Position numbers and translations under genes: made by a program
The notes under the pieces: generated by a model
Databases searched by the model: none
What the model was told of the DNA's origin: nothing
The model's input: the letters and a program-made list of their open reading frames with translations, nothing else
NCBI GenBank assembly: GCA_013416795.1
Contig: RQSC01000014.1
Location: 112,302 to 176,301, forward strand
Reading direction: 5' to 3'
Origin: Prasinococcaceae sp. CCMP 1430
Lineage: Eukaryota; Plantae; Prasinodermophyta
DNA: 64,000 bases
Part shown: positions 42,686 to 52,072 of the stretch, in pieces
Position numbering within the stretch: the stretch's first letter is position 1
Layout of the letters: every line of letters begins with the position of its first letter

Positions 42686-45600
42686 ATGAGCGCCCCGGCG
42701 GGGGGCAGCGGCGCGGGCGGCCCCTCCGCTCCACCGCGGCGCGCGCTTCGCGTCGGGCAGTGCGCCAAGGACGAGGCCAAGTGGTGGGCAAAGCTAAAAG
42801 AAACGCTCGGGGACGCAGCCTTTGCAGCGCTGGAGTGGGCGCCGACGGCGCTTGAAGTCACCGGCATCGTGTTCGAAGCGACAGGGCTTGCGCTTGATGT
42901 TGCGGACGGCACCGTGCCCTTCGTGAGCATCGCTAATGCGTTGGTCACGCGGGTGCGCGACAAGGTAGACGAGCTGAGGCAGGTGGACGAGCTCGCAGCC
43001 GCAAAAGCGGGCCGACGCGTGCGTGTGTGGTGCTCAGTGATCCACAAGATGCCTGCGATGGTCTACCAGGCAGAGGACGCCACATTTGTTGCGACCATCG
43101 ACGCTCTGATTGAGCTGGCGCGGCTCGCAGTGAAGTGGAACTCGAAAGCATATTACAAAAAGCTTTACTGGGGGACGGCCTCGAAGTACCGCAGCGATCT
43201 AAACAAGGCCATTCTGGAGCTCGACGTGCAGTATGGCGCGCTGCTGGGCGAGGCGGTGATCATCGCGCTTGAAAAGATCGACAACGTGCTTGCAAGCAGT
43301 ATCGCGTGCATTCACAATCTGCCCAATGGCCTGCCCGAGCTGCTGGGCCGCGAGGACACTCTGGAGGTGCTCGAGACGGCCTTGGCGTCGCCTGGCTCCG
43401 TGACGTCACTCACGGGCATCGCCGGCGTGGGCAAGTCGCAGCTGGCGTTCCGCTGCGCGTACGACTTTGTTTTCACGGACGATGGCACGCCCAGGGAGGA
43501 CCGTCGCCTCGCGTGGTTCTTGGATGCCTCTAGCGAAGCAAAATTGGTGGCGAGCTACGCTGGCGCGCTGGTGGCGCTCACAAACGAGTCCATTGAAAAG
43601 GCCGACAAGGACCCCGTCTCCGGGGACAAGCTGTCGCCGCGGGATCTGGCGGACAAGCTGCTCGCTGAGATCACGCGCAGCGGACGCAGCAGCCTGCTCG
43701 TGTTTGACAACGTCAAGGAGGATGAGAAAGATGGCGGGGCACAGTGGCTTCGCCAGCGGTACTTCTCATCACTTGCCGGTGCGGCGAATGCGCATGTGCT
43801 CATCACGTCGCGCAGCGGCACGCTCAGGGGCGACGTGGAGGGCATCGGCCGCATCCACCAGGTGGTGGTAAAAACGCTGAGCCCGGAAGCTGGCGTCGCC
43901 CTGCTTCTCGGTGACGACGACGCGAGTGAGGATGACCACGCAGCAGCGCGCAAGATCCATGAGCAGCTGGAGGGCCTCGCACTGCCGCTCAGCGTCACGC
44001 GAAAGTTCGTGAGTGACAAGCGTGTCATTGAAAAGGGGCGTTTCACGCTGCAAGGCGTCGCCAAGGGCCTCGAAGAGGCGGCCGACAAAGTCGAAGCGGC
44101 GCTCGCGGCGCCGCTGCGCTTCGTGAGGGATGGCTACAAGCGCTCAGCCAAGGTGCTGGACGTTGCGGCGTTTGTCGATCCGAGGGGCATCCCTGAGGGG
44201 CTGCTGTTACGGGCCGACGCCAGCTGCAAGGATGAGGACATCGACCTGCTGTGCGACCTGAACCTGCTGCAGCTAGGCGCTCCGATCACGGTCGGGATGT
44301 CGGGACAGACGGAGCCAAGCTACTCGATGCACCACCTGCTGCAGGCCGCCGCCCGCAAAGAGGTCGGCGAGGAGGGCGCCGCGCGTAGACCACGCAGCGC
44401 TGAGGGTGCGCTGGCCGCCGTGTCTGGCGAGATGACATCGTACAAGGAGTCGGACCTGTCGACGTGGGCGCGCGCGCGAGCTGCGGTGCCGCATGCCGAG
44501 GCGCTGCACGCGGCGGCGAAGGAGGGCGGCATCGCAGACAAGGTCGAGCTCGCCCAGGTGATTGGAGCCGCAGGCACCATATGCGCCCGCACCCTCGGCG
44601 ACTTCGTCAGGGCCCTGGAAGCGTTCAAAAAGGCGCTACGCATCACGCGCGCCGCGCTGGGCAACGACCATCCGGATGTGGCGGTGACGCGCAATAACAT
44701 GGGCGCGGTGTACCAAAGGCAGGGGCGCTACGTCGAGGCGCTCGAAGCGTACGAAGAGTCGCTGCGCATCGAGCGCGCCGCGTTTGGCGACGACCACCCG
44801 GATGTGGCGGCGACGCTCAACAACATTGGCAACGTGTACCAAAGGCAGGGGCGCTACGTCGAGGCGCTCAAGGCGTACGAGGAGGCGCTGCCCATAATGC
44901 GCGCCGCGCTAGGCGACGACCACCCGGATGTGGCGACGACGCTCAACAACATGGGCATCGTGTACCAAAGCCGGGGCCGCTACGCCGAGGCGCTCAAGGC
45001 GTACGACGAGTCGCTGCGCATCAGGCGCGCCGCGCTGGGCGACGACCACCCGGATGTGGCGGCGACGCTCAATAACATGGGCGCGGTGTACCAAAGGCAG
45101 GGGCGCTACGTCGAGGCGCTCGAAGCGTACGAGGAGGCGCTGCGCATCAGGCGCGCCGCGCTGGGCGACGACCATCCGGATGTGGCGGCGACGCTCAATA
45201 ACATTGGCAACGTGTACGCAAGCCAGGGGCGCTACGCCGAGGCACTCGAAGCGTTCAAAAAGGCGCTGCCCATATTGCGCGTCGCGCTGGGCAACGACCA
45301 CCCGACTGTGGCGATGACGCTCAATAACATGGGCGCGGTGTACCGAAGCCAAGGGCGCTACGCCGAGGCGCTCGAAGCGTACGACGAGTCGCTGCGCATC
45401 AAGCGCGCCGCGCTGGGCGACGACCATCCGGATGTGGCGGCGACGCTCAATAACATGGGCCTGGTGTACCAAGGCCAAGGGCGCTACGCCGAGGCGCTCG
45501 AAGCGTACGACGAGTCGCTGCGCATCAAGCGCGCCGCGCTGGGCGACGACCATCCGGATGTGGCGGCGACGCTCAATTACATGGGCGCGGTGTACCGAGA

Positions 45601-46219
45601 CCAGGGGCGCTACGCCGAGGCGCTCGAAGCGTTAAAAAAGGCGCTGCCAATATGGCGCGCCGCGCTTGGCGACGACCATCCGGATGTGGCGGCGACGCTC
45701 AACAACATGGGCGCGATGTACCAAAGCCAGGGGCGCTACGCAGAGGCGCTCGAGGCGTGCGAGGAGTCGCTGCGCATCACGCGCGCCGCGCGGGGCGACA
45801 ACCACCAGAATGTGGCGATGGCGTATGGGAACATGGGCAACACTTTTGCAAACCAGGGACGCTCCGCAGACGCGCTCGAAGCCTATCGGAAGGCGCACCG
45901 TATTTTTCGTGCCGTCTTCGACGAGGATCACCCCCTCGTCGCCAAGACGCGTGGCAAGATCGAGGCCATGGAAGAGCTGCCAAAGCTTGCCAGCGAAGAG
46001 CAGCAGCAGAGCGCCGCGGCTGCTCCATCCACCAGCGGCTCGGGCACGGCAGCTGGGCGCTCGGAGGAAAGGCAACGCGCGGTGGAGGCTCTCTCGATCC
46101 GCGAGTTGAAGGCTGAGCTCAATGCGTTGCAAGCGATGCCACGCGGCGCGCTGGAGCGCGGCGACCTCGAGGAGGAGCTGCGGGCGGCGCGAGCGCGCGG
46201 TGGCGCACAGCAGCAGTGA
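42686..46219 (+). CDS. NLR-like STAND protein: putative MLKL-like N-terminal helical domain + NB-ARC + ~11 x 42-aa TPR units + short HeH/SAP-like tail
   Basis: Walker A GIAGVGKS, Walker B LLVFDNV, sensor VLITSR, GLPL-like EGLALPLSV, MHD-like YSMHHLLQ; kinesin-light-chain-type TPRs (LGDDHPDVAATLNNMG.VY..QGRY.EAL); single exon. Confidence 0.93.
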   Translation: MSAPAGGSGAGGPSAPPRRALRVGQCAKDEAKWWAKLKETLGDAAFAALEWAPTALEVTGIVFEATGLALDVADGTVPFVSIANALVTRVRDKVDELRQVDELAAAKAGRRVRVWCSVIHKMPAMVYQAEDATFVATIDALIELARLAVKWNSKAYYKKLYWGTASKYRSDLNKAILELDVQYGALLGEAVIIALEKIDNVLASSIACIHNLPNGLPELLGREDTLEVLETALASPGSVTSLTGIAGVGKSQLAFRCAYDFVFTDDGTPREDRRLAWFLDASSEAKLVASYAGALVALTNESIEKADKDPVSGDKLSPRDLADKLLAEITRSGRSSLLVFDNVKEDEKDGGAQWLRQRYFSSLAGAANAHVLITSRSGTLRGDVEGIGRIHQVVVKTLSPEAGVALLLGDDDASEDDHAAARKIHEQLEGLALPLSVTRKFVSDKRVIEKGRFTLQGVAKGLEEAADKVEAALAAPLRFVRDGYKRSAKVLDVAAFVDPRGIPEGLLLRADASCKDEDIDLLCDLNLLQLGAPITVGMSGQTEPSYSMHHLLQAAARKEVGEEGAARRPRSAEGALAAVSGEMTSYKESDLSTWARARAAVPHAEALHAAAKEGGIADKVELAQVIGAAGTICARTLGDFVRALEAFKKALRITRAALGNDHPDVAVTRNNMGAVYQRQGRYVEALEAYEESLRIERAAFGDDHPDVAATLNNIGNVYQRQGRYVEALKAYEEALPIMRAALGDDHPDVATTLNNMGIVYQSRGRYAEALKAYDESLRIRRAALGDDHPDVAATLNNMGAVYQRQGRYVEALEAYEEALRIRRAALGDDHPDVAATLNNIGNVYASQGRYAEALEAFKKALPILRVALGNDHPTVAMTLNNMGAVYRSQGRYAEALEAYDESLRIKRAALGDDHPDVAATLNNMGLVYQGQGRYAEALEAYDESLRIKRAALGDDHPDVAATLNYMGAVYRDQGRYAEALEALKKALPIWRAALGDDHPDVAATLNNMGAMYQSQGRYAEALEACEESLRITRAARGDNHQNVAMAYGNMGNTFANQGRSADALEAYRKAHRIFRAVFDEDHPLVAKTRGKIEAMEELPKLASEEQQQSAAAAPSTSGSGTAAGRSEERQRAVEALSIRELKAELNALQAMPRGALERGDLEEELRAARARGGAQQQ
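44597..45976 (+). repeat. Coding tandem repeat, 126-bp unit, ~11 copies
   Basis: Unit starts at 44597, 44723, 44849, 44975, 45101, 45227, 45353, 45479, 45605, 45731, 45857. Confidence 0.97.
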
Positions 46220-46251
46220 AAGAATAGTAAGAAAATTATCGCGGGTGCCAG

Positions 46252-47329
46252 CTAGAGCGGGCTGAACCACTCCAGCCACGTTGGCGCCAGCGCAAGCGGC
46301 ATCCACCAGCTGCGCACGCGCGACGCGCGGATGGAGCCGGTCACCAGCGGGCTCTCGCCGCCGTAGTCCTGCTCGATGAAGTCGTTGACGCATTGCGAGC
46401 GCATGACCGCGTGTGAGCCGCCGACGCCTGCGCCGCTCGTCGAGATGCCGTCGAGCGCGCCGCTGTCGCGGTACTTGCCCGTCACCCAGATGGGCGCCGC
46501 CTTGGTCGCGTGCGCGACCACGAATGACATGAGGATGTCCTCGCAATTCTTGTGCTCCTCGACCCACGAATACGCGCGGCGCGGCGCCGAGTCTGTGTAC
46601 ATCGCGAGGTAGTCGTGGTGCAGGATGGCCACCTGAGAGGGGCAGTCAGAGACCAGCAGGCAAGCTCGCATCAGGGGTGAGAACGTCGCAGCAGGGCGCG
46701 GGCGCGAAGTGTCAATGCGAGCGACGCAGCGTGCTCGCGTCGGCACGCACCTTCGTGAGCACCATGGAGAAGCGCCCCGTCATGTACGTCGACCAGAAAT
46801 GCCGGTAGCGGAAGGCGCCGGGCTCTCCCGACACGGTGCGAGCGACGAAGCCGACCATCGCGCGAGGCGCCGCGCGCCACACCTCGAGCGCGAACATGAG
46901 GTCCTCGCAGTCCACCCGAATGTCGTCGTCCACCGACAGCACCGCGTCCGAGCGCGGCGTCTTGAGCGGGCGGAAGCGATTGTTGAGGCTCGTCGTCGGA
47001 TGCGCGTCGTACACGACGGGCACGCCGCGCACCTCGCCGGGCGCGTCCGCGGGTGCCTCGGGGCTCTCACTCCACACCACGTGGATCGCTTCGATTGGCA
47101 CTGCCCCCGTCGCAGCGCACGCCGCGTAGTGATCCACCGCGAGCTCCAGCCGGTCGGGCCGCTTGAACGTGTTGATAAGCACCGTCAGCGGCTCCCCCAC
47201 GGACCGCGGCGCCGACGCGAGCGGCGACGCGGCGGTCTGTCGCTCCAGCCGCACGTACGTGGCCAAGCCCAGCAGCAGCAGCCCCAGCCCACCCGCCGCT
47301 ACCCAACGCATCCGCCGCGAGAGTGCCAT
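46252..47329 (-). CDS. Glycosyltransferase family 64 (EXTL2/EPC1-like); intron 46750-46633
   Basis: Type II TM anchor, TVLINTFKR, IHVVW, SLNNRF.P, AVLSVDDD, F.VWR..P..MVGF..R, SMVLTK/.A..H..YL, NCEDILMSF, RS.CVN.F. Confidence 0.92.
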
Positions 47330-48031
47330 CGGCACCGCGAGCAGCGCGCCCGCATGGCACGCGAGAGGCCGGGCGCGACTGGCTAGGCTTCCGGCCGACG
47401 CTACACCGCCGCCGCGGTGGCGCAGCATCCCCCCCCGCCGCGGCCCGCCGGCCGCCCCTATCGCCCCTGTCTATCCCTCACCGCACGACGCGCCTCCAGG
47501 TGCTCTCGCCGAGCGCAACCCCCGCGCGCCACCCTCGCGCCCCGGCGCCCGCCGCCCGCGTACAGACTGGTGCTACCGCGCCCTCACCACCGTCCCGCCT
47601 CGATCCCGCTGTTTTCCCAACGAAACTGAAACCAAGGTCAAAATGCATGCACTTTCGCACTTTTAAAAAACGCGGGTTGTGAAGGCAAAAACAAAGGCGT
47701 TCTCCGCCCACCCCCATGAAAAGCGCTTGAAAAAGGCAACAACGGCAATCGAGGTCGAAACCAATGGCTTCAGGAAACTCGCTTTGATTTTGATAGGTGG
47801 GTTGCCCAGCGGCCCGTTCGAACGAGCCCCAGCAGCTCGTGGGGGCGTGTGTTCCCCCGCGCGCGCGCGCACGCCTCTGCGGCGCGGGAAGCAGCGGGCG
47901 CCCCGGGCCGGCGCGGGGCGCGCTGGTGCCGGGCGTTCCCTCTCTTCCCCCCCCTTCCCCCCCTCGTCAGTTCTCCGCGCATGCCTGCGCAGGCCACAGC
48001 GCGCGCCTGACGCGGGGCGCGGCCGGGGGCG

Positions 48032-48816
48032 ATGGATTCGGTCATGTCGAGCCTGAACGTGGCGGACCCGGAGGTGCACGCGTCGAACGCGCGCAAGCTG
48101 CTGACCGCGCAGGCGGCGCTCGCGCTGCTCGCGTGCCTCAGCGCGAGCGAGTTCGCCGCGTGGGCGGCCGCGCAGCTCGCTCTCGCGCTGTGGGCGCTCT
48201 CGTCGTTCGAGCTCGGCCGCGAGGACGCGCGCGCGCTCTACTGTATCGCCACGCCGCTGCGCTGGCTGCTCGACGCCGTGTGGTACGCGAATCTGAGGGC
48301 GCGGCGCTCGCGCAAGCCTCAGTGCCCGCGCCCCCCCGCGCGCGCGCCACGCGTCTCCGCTGCTGCTGCTAGCGCTCTAACACACTCGCTCGGCCACCTG
48401 TGACCCGTCGCAGGCTCGGTCTCTGGACGCACCCCATGGCGAAGGCGAGCGGGGCCAACCACTACGGCGCGACGGTGCACTGGCTGCTGTTCTGCATGTG
48501 GTGCCATTTCCTCCTCGAGAGCGTTGGCGCATGGTTCTGGTGGAAGTTGTACAAAACGGGAGGCCTTGAGGCCGGTGCCGCGGGTGGCAGTGGCGCTGTT
48601 GGTTTCCAGCCCATGCTCGCTGCCGATAACGGCGGTGGCAGCGGTGGAGACGCATACGCTGCCCCGCCGACGCCCGATCCTTTCAGAGGCGCGCCAGCCA
48701 AAGACGCGCCTGTTGCCAGCGCGGACAGCTACCAGAACGTCGGCCAGATCGGGCCTGAGCACGCAAACACCCCACACGAGAGAACACACGCGCAGGGCCT
48801 CGTCTTAAAATCTTGA
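48032..48816 (+). CDS. Small multi-pass membrane protein, AGTRAP-like; intron 48283-48413
   Basis: Spliced LALWALSS...WLLDAVWLGLW...LLESVGAWFWWKLYKTGG with a C-terminal PDPF/SYQ tail resembles the AGTRAP family; GTACGC donor gives an in-frame join. Confidence 0.5.
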
Positions 48817-48987
48817 GGCCGCATACTTAGCGGCGCACCCAAGAGTGTTGCCATATCTACTCTCATGCAATGCGCCAAGGCGCGGCGCGCGCGCACGTGC
48901 ATTCACACCCGGGGCGCGCGCGCTGGGCGAGGTCGAGCCATTCGTCAATTATTACAGATAGTACATGGGTGGGACGGTTCCGACGCC

Positions 48988-51315
48988 TCAGTCGTCCAAC
49001 GAGCCGATGCCTGCCGCAGCTGCACTCATCTGCCCCGCATCGTGCAGGTCGAGCTCACCATCGCCCACGCCGTCGTCACTGACCGTGCCGAAACCGTCGT
49101 CGTCGCTCTCGCCCTCATGGCGGTCCAGGACGATGGATGCAACGTCGTCCGAGTCGTCCTCACCGCCAAGGTCAGCGCTGGACCCCGCTTCGGCGACCGC
49201 GTAGCTTACCTCTGACTCGAGGCCAACCATCGAGTTGGAACGCTTCAGCGAGGAGGCCAGGGCGCCGTCGCCAGAGGTGCTACCATACGTTGCGTCGCCC
49301 AGCGACGAGACGGTCGACAGCGCCCCACTGGACGCCACGTGCGGTATGCCCACCAGTGCGGCCTCTCCCTCGCGCACGCGCTGTTCGGGCGCCTCCGGCA
49401 CGAGGGCGGTCGCCACAGCAACCTCACGGATGCGCGCCAGCACCTCCGGGTGCTCGCGCATGCCCACCTGCAGAGAGCGCTGGGAGAGCGAATAAAGCAA
49501 TGCGTACGTGACTGCGCGCACGGTGGCGGGCCACCGCCCTTCAGCAAGGAGTTCCTTTTCGCCAAAGAAGCCGTGCGGGCCAATCTCGTCCACTTTCTCA
49601 ACGTTGGTCAGGAAGCCACGCTCGTCCAGTGTGCCCGCGAGCGCGACTAAACGGCCGCGCTGGACGAAGTACATGCTATTGCCGCGAGCACCCTGGTGCA
49701 CGATGACGTCATTCGGTGGGTGCACCTGTGGGCGCAACAGCGACGAGATGGCGACCAGCCATGCCTCGCCATTGACGGGGTCCGCAGCCACCTCGGTGAA
49801 GAGGCTGACATTTTCGAGGGCCCCGCGCAATGTCTCAGAAGCGTGCGCCCACACGCCCTTCATGAGCGTCTGTGGCAAGCTGCTCAGCAGCTGCCGCTCA
49901 CCGTGCACGTCCGACATGGCGTTGCGCCTGAACGCGTAAAATTCGTTGATGCGCATGCGCAGGTCGCGTGTCGCGCTGTAGTGTGTGAGCAGCTCCTGCA
50001 CATTATCCAGGTGTCGTTCTCGCCAAACAGAGGCGATGTTGTTGTTGGCGATCATGTCGCACACCTGTAGCACGAAGTAGAAGTACGCTAGGCTGCCGAA
50101 CAGCATCGTGCCAGCGCAATATGCCTGCTCCACCCCCGTGGTCGCGCTGATATTGCCGTAGCCCGTGGTGGACATGGTCATGACGCTCCAATAGAGCGCA
50201 GTGATGTACTGCGTGGTGCGTGAGGCCTCGCACAGTGGCTCACCGCGCGCGAATTGGGTCGACACCCACGAGCCGTCGCACAGCCCATCCTGCTCGCCGA
50301 TGTACCAGAATACACACGCATTGATGTGCGCCGCCACCAGCATCAGCGCGGCAAAACGAACGATCAGGCGAAAGCTCGAGCGCGCGCTTAGCCACCAGCC
50401 GCTCGCAATGTCGCCGAGGTGGTCTGAGGACGACATGCTCACGCGAACTATCCGCAGCAGGCGGATGAGCTTAGCCTCCGCAAAGCCCTCGGCGTCACTG
50501 ACAGCGGGATTCATGGCCTGTAAAGTGTCGAAAGGGAAGGCAATCAGCACGTCCATGAAGAGCCATGTGCGCGTATACATCCGCGCGACATGCGCAGGAT
50601 CGAGGTCGACCTCGCCATCGGCGTCAATGACACCCGTGGCGAAATTGAAGGGCACCTCGAGAACAAAAATCACGTCGATCAACACATAGAGTGCCAGCTC
50701 TGCTGGGGTCGGCGAGTGCGCGCCCACGAAGGCCACGCGGAAGGGAAGCACGAGCGTCTCAAAGGCGAGAGCTACGAGCATCGTCCGCGACCACACCCTC
50801 CGCAGCGGGCTGCGCGGGTGCATCATGAAGCGCGAGACGGCCTCCAGCACGTCGCCGGTGAAGGCATCGACGTGGTGGAAGGATCTCGTGAGCAAGTCGG
50901 ATATGGACGCTCGTCGTGGGCGCGTTTGTGCTCGCGCGCGGCGCAGGATGGAATCCCTGCGATGCGGCGAAGCGGCCAACGAGGGCTGAGCCGCGAGGCC
51001 GTCCCCCACGTCCGCGCACTGCTCGGCGTCGAGCATTGTCCGCCCCATTTCGAACGACGATCGCCGCCGAACCCCCCTGCGCGAGTCGGACGACGACTCG
51101 TCCGCCCTGCCCGTCACCTCATCGAGGCCGTCTGCCGCCGAGGTCACACGCCGCATGCCCGCTGCGTCGCCGAGGCCGTCGGGCGCCGCGCCGGGCGACC
51201 CCTCGACGAGCGCTGGCGACGACAAGGTGCGACGCCAGCCCGCGGACATCGCGTGCCGCGTGCCCGCTCCGCCATCGAGGCCGTCAGCGTCCGCTCCGGG
51301 CGGCGCCACGACCAT
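48988..51315 (-). CDS. Voltage-gated K+ channel with cyclic-nucleotide-binding domain (EAG/HCN/plant Shaker-like)
   Basis: HPRSPLRRVW, S4 AKLIRLLRIVR, pore YITALYWSVMTMSTTGYGNI, C-linker, CNBD (IVHQG..GNSMYFVQRG, FFGEKELL, ATVRA.TY..LYSL). Confidence 0.93.
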   Translation of the reverse strand: MVVAPPGADADGLDGGAGTRHAMSAGWRRTLSSPALVEGSPGAAPDGLGDAAGMRRVTSAADGLDEVTGRADESSSDSRRGVRRRSSFEMGRTMLDAEQCADVGDGLAAQPSLAASPHRRDSILRRARAQTRPRRASISDLLTRSFHHVDAFTGDVLEAVSRFMMHPRSPLRRVWSRTMLVALAFETLVLPFRVAFVGAHSPTPAELALYVLIDVIFVLEVPFNFATGVIDADGEVDLDPAHVARMYTRTWLFMDVLIAFPFDTLQAMNPAVSDAEGFAEAKLIRLLRIVRVSMSSSDHLGDIASGWWLSARSSFRLIVRFAALMLVAAHINACVFWYIGEQDGLCDGSWVSTQFARGEPLCEASRTTQYITALYWSVMTMSTTGYGNISATTGVEQAYCAGTMLFGSLAYFYFVLQVCDMIANNNIASVWRERHLDNVQELLTHYSATRDLRMRINEFYAFRRNAMSDVHGERQLLSSLPQTLMKGVWAHASETLRGALENVSLFTEVAADPVNGEAWLVAISSLLRPQVHPPNDVIVHQGARGNSMYFVQRGRLVALAGTLDERGFLTNVEKVDEIGPHGFFGEKELLAEGRWPATVRAVTYALLYSLSQRSLQVGMREHPEVLARIREVAVATALVPEAPEQRVREGEAALVGIPHVASSGALSTVSSLGDATYGSTSGDGALASSLKRSNSMVGLESEVSYAVAEAGSSADLGGEDDSDDVASIVLDRHEGESDDDGFGTVSDDGVGDGELDLHDAGQMSAAAAGIGSLDD

Positions 51316-51539
51316 TGCCCTGCCGGCGCGGCGCGAGCCCCCTCACCGCTCCGCTCGGACACCGCCGGCGGGCCGGCAGGGGCCGGCCCGCCCTGACGGG
51401 TGCGCTGAGTGGCTCCCCCGAACCCACACGGCGAAACCGTGTGGCCCCACTCGAACTCGGCACGCTCCCGCCCGTGCCACATTGTGCGCGCTGCGCCCCC
51501 CCTCCCCCAACACACTCCCCTTTCCCGCACGGCGCGGCC

Positions 51540-51932
51540 ATGGTGCTGCGCGCGGGGCGTGCCGCCGCGTCAGCAGCGTCGGCGGCCGCGCGGCTGCTCG
51601 CGTCGCAGCGGCGCGGCAAGCTGCTCGCCTTTCCCGCGATCTGCTTCCGCAGCAGGCAACGCCGGCGGCGCCTGCGGCAGCGGCTGGGGCGCGGTCTGCG
51701 GCCGCGGGGCCGTCGACGACAGCGCACGACCACTTCCCCAGGCTTCGAGTCTCGCAGGAGGAGATGGACGCCGTCATGGTGAGGCCGCGCCGCGCGCCCT
51801 GCAGCGCGTTCGCGCTGCGGGCACGCGCGGGCGCGCTGGGGGCGCACTCCTGACCCTGCACCACTCCCGCTCCTGTTACCCCGCATGCGTCCGCGCCCGC
51901 CGCGTGAGCAGCACGGCGACGCGTCGTCGTGA
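51540..51932 (+). CDS. KGD4/MRPS36-like small mitochondrial protein (exon structure uncertain)
   Basis: HFPRLRVSQEEMDAVM resembles the conserved MRPS36/KGD4 C-terminus (VSQEEM); donor after the ATG at 51776-51778 and acceptor at 51911 give ...MHGDASS*; the 5' frame does not join simply. Confidence 0.45.
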
Positions 51933-52072
51933 ATGCGCAGCGCGACTCAAGCAGCAGCGCGGCGCTCGCGCGCGGCGCGGCGCCCGGGGCCCTAGATGGT
52001 AACGGCCAACGCCGAGGTAGTGTACAAGGGGCACATGCGCGCGCACGCCGCAGCTAAGCGCTGGCGCGGAGC

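Noticed and set aside
44597-45976. Regular repeat array considered as CRISPR or DGR template/variable repeat
   Set aside because: Units are contiguous in-frame coding TPRs with no spacers; variation is not adenine-specific and there is no reverse transcriptase nearby.
50140-50180. Unusual K+ channel filter TTGYGN
   Set aside because: TTGYG occurs in plant Shaker channels and GYGN/GFGN in EAG-type channels; within normal variation.
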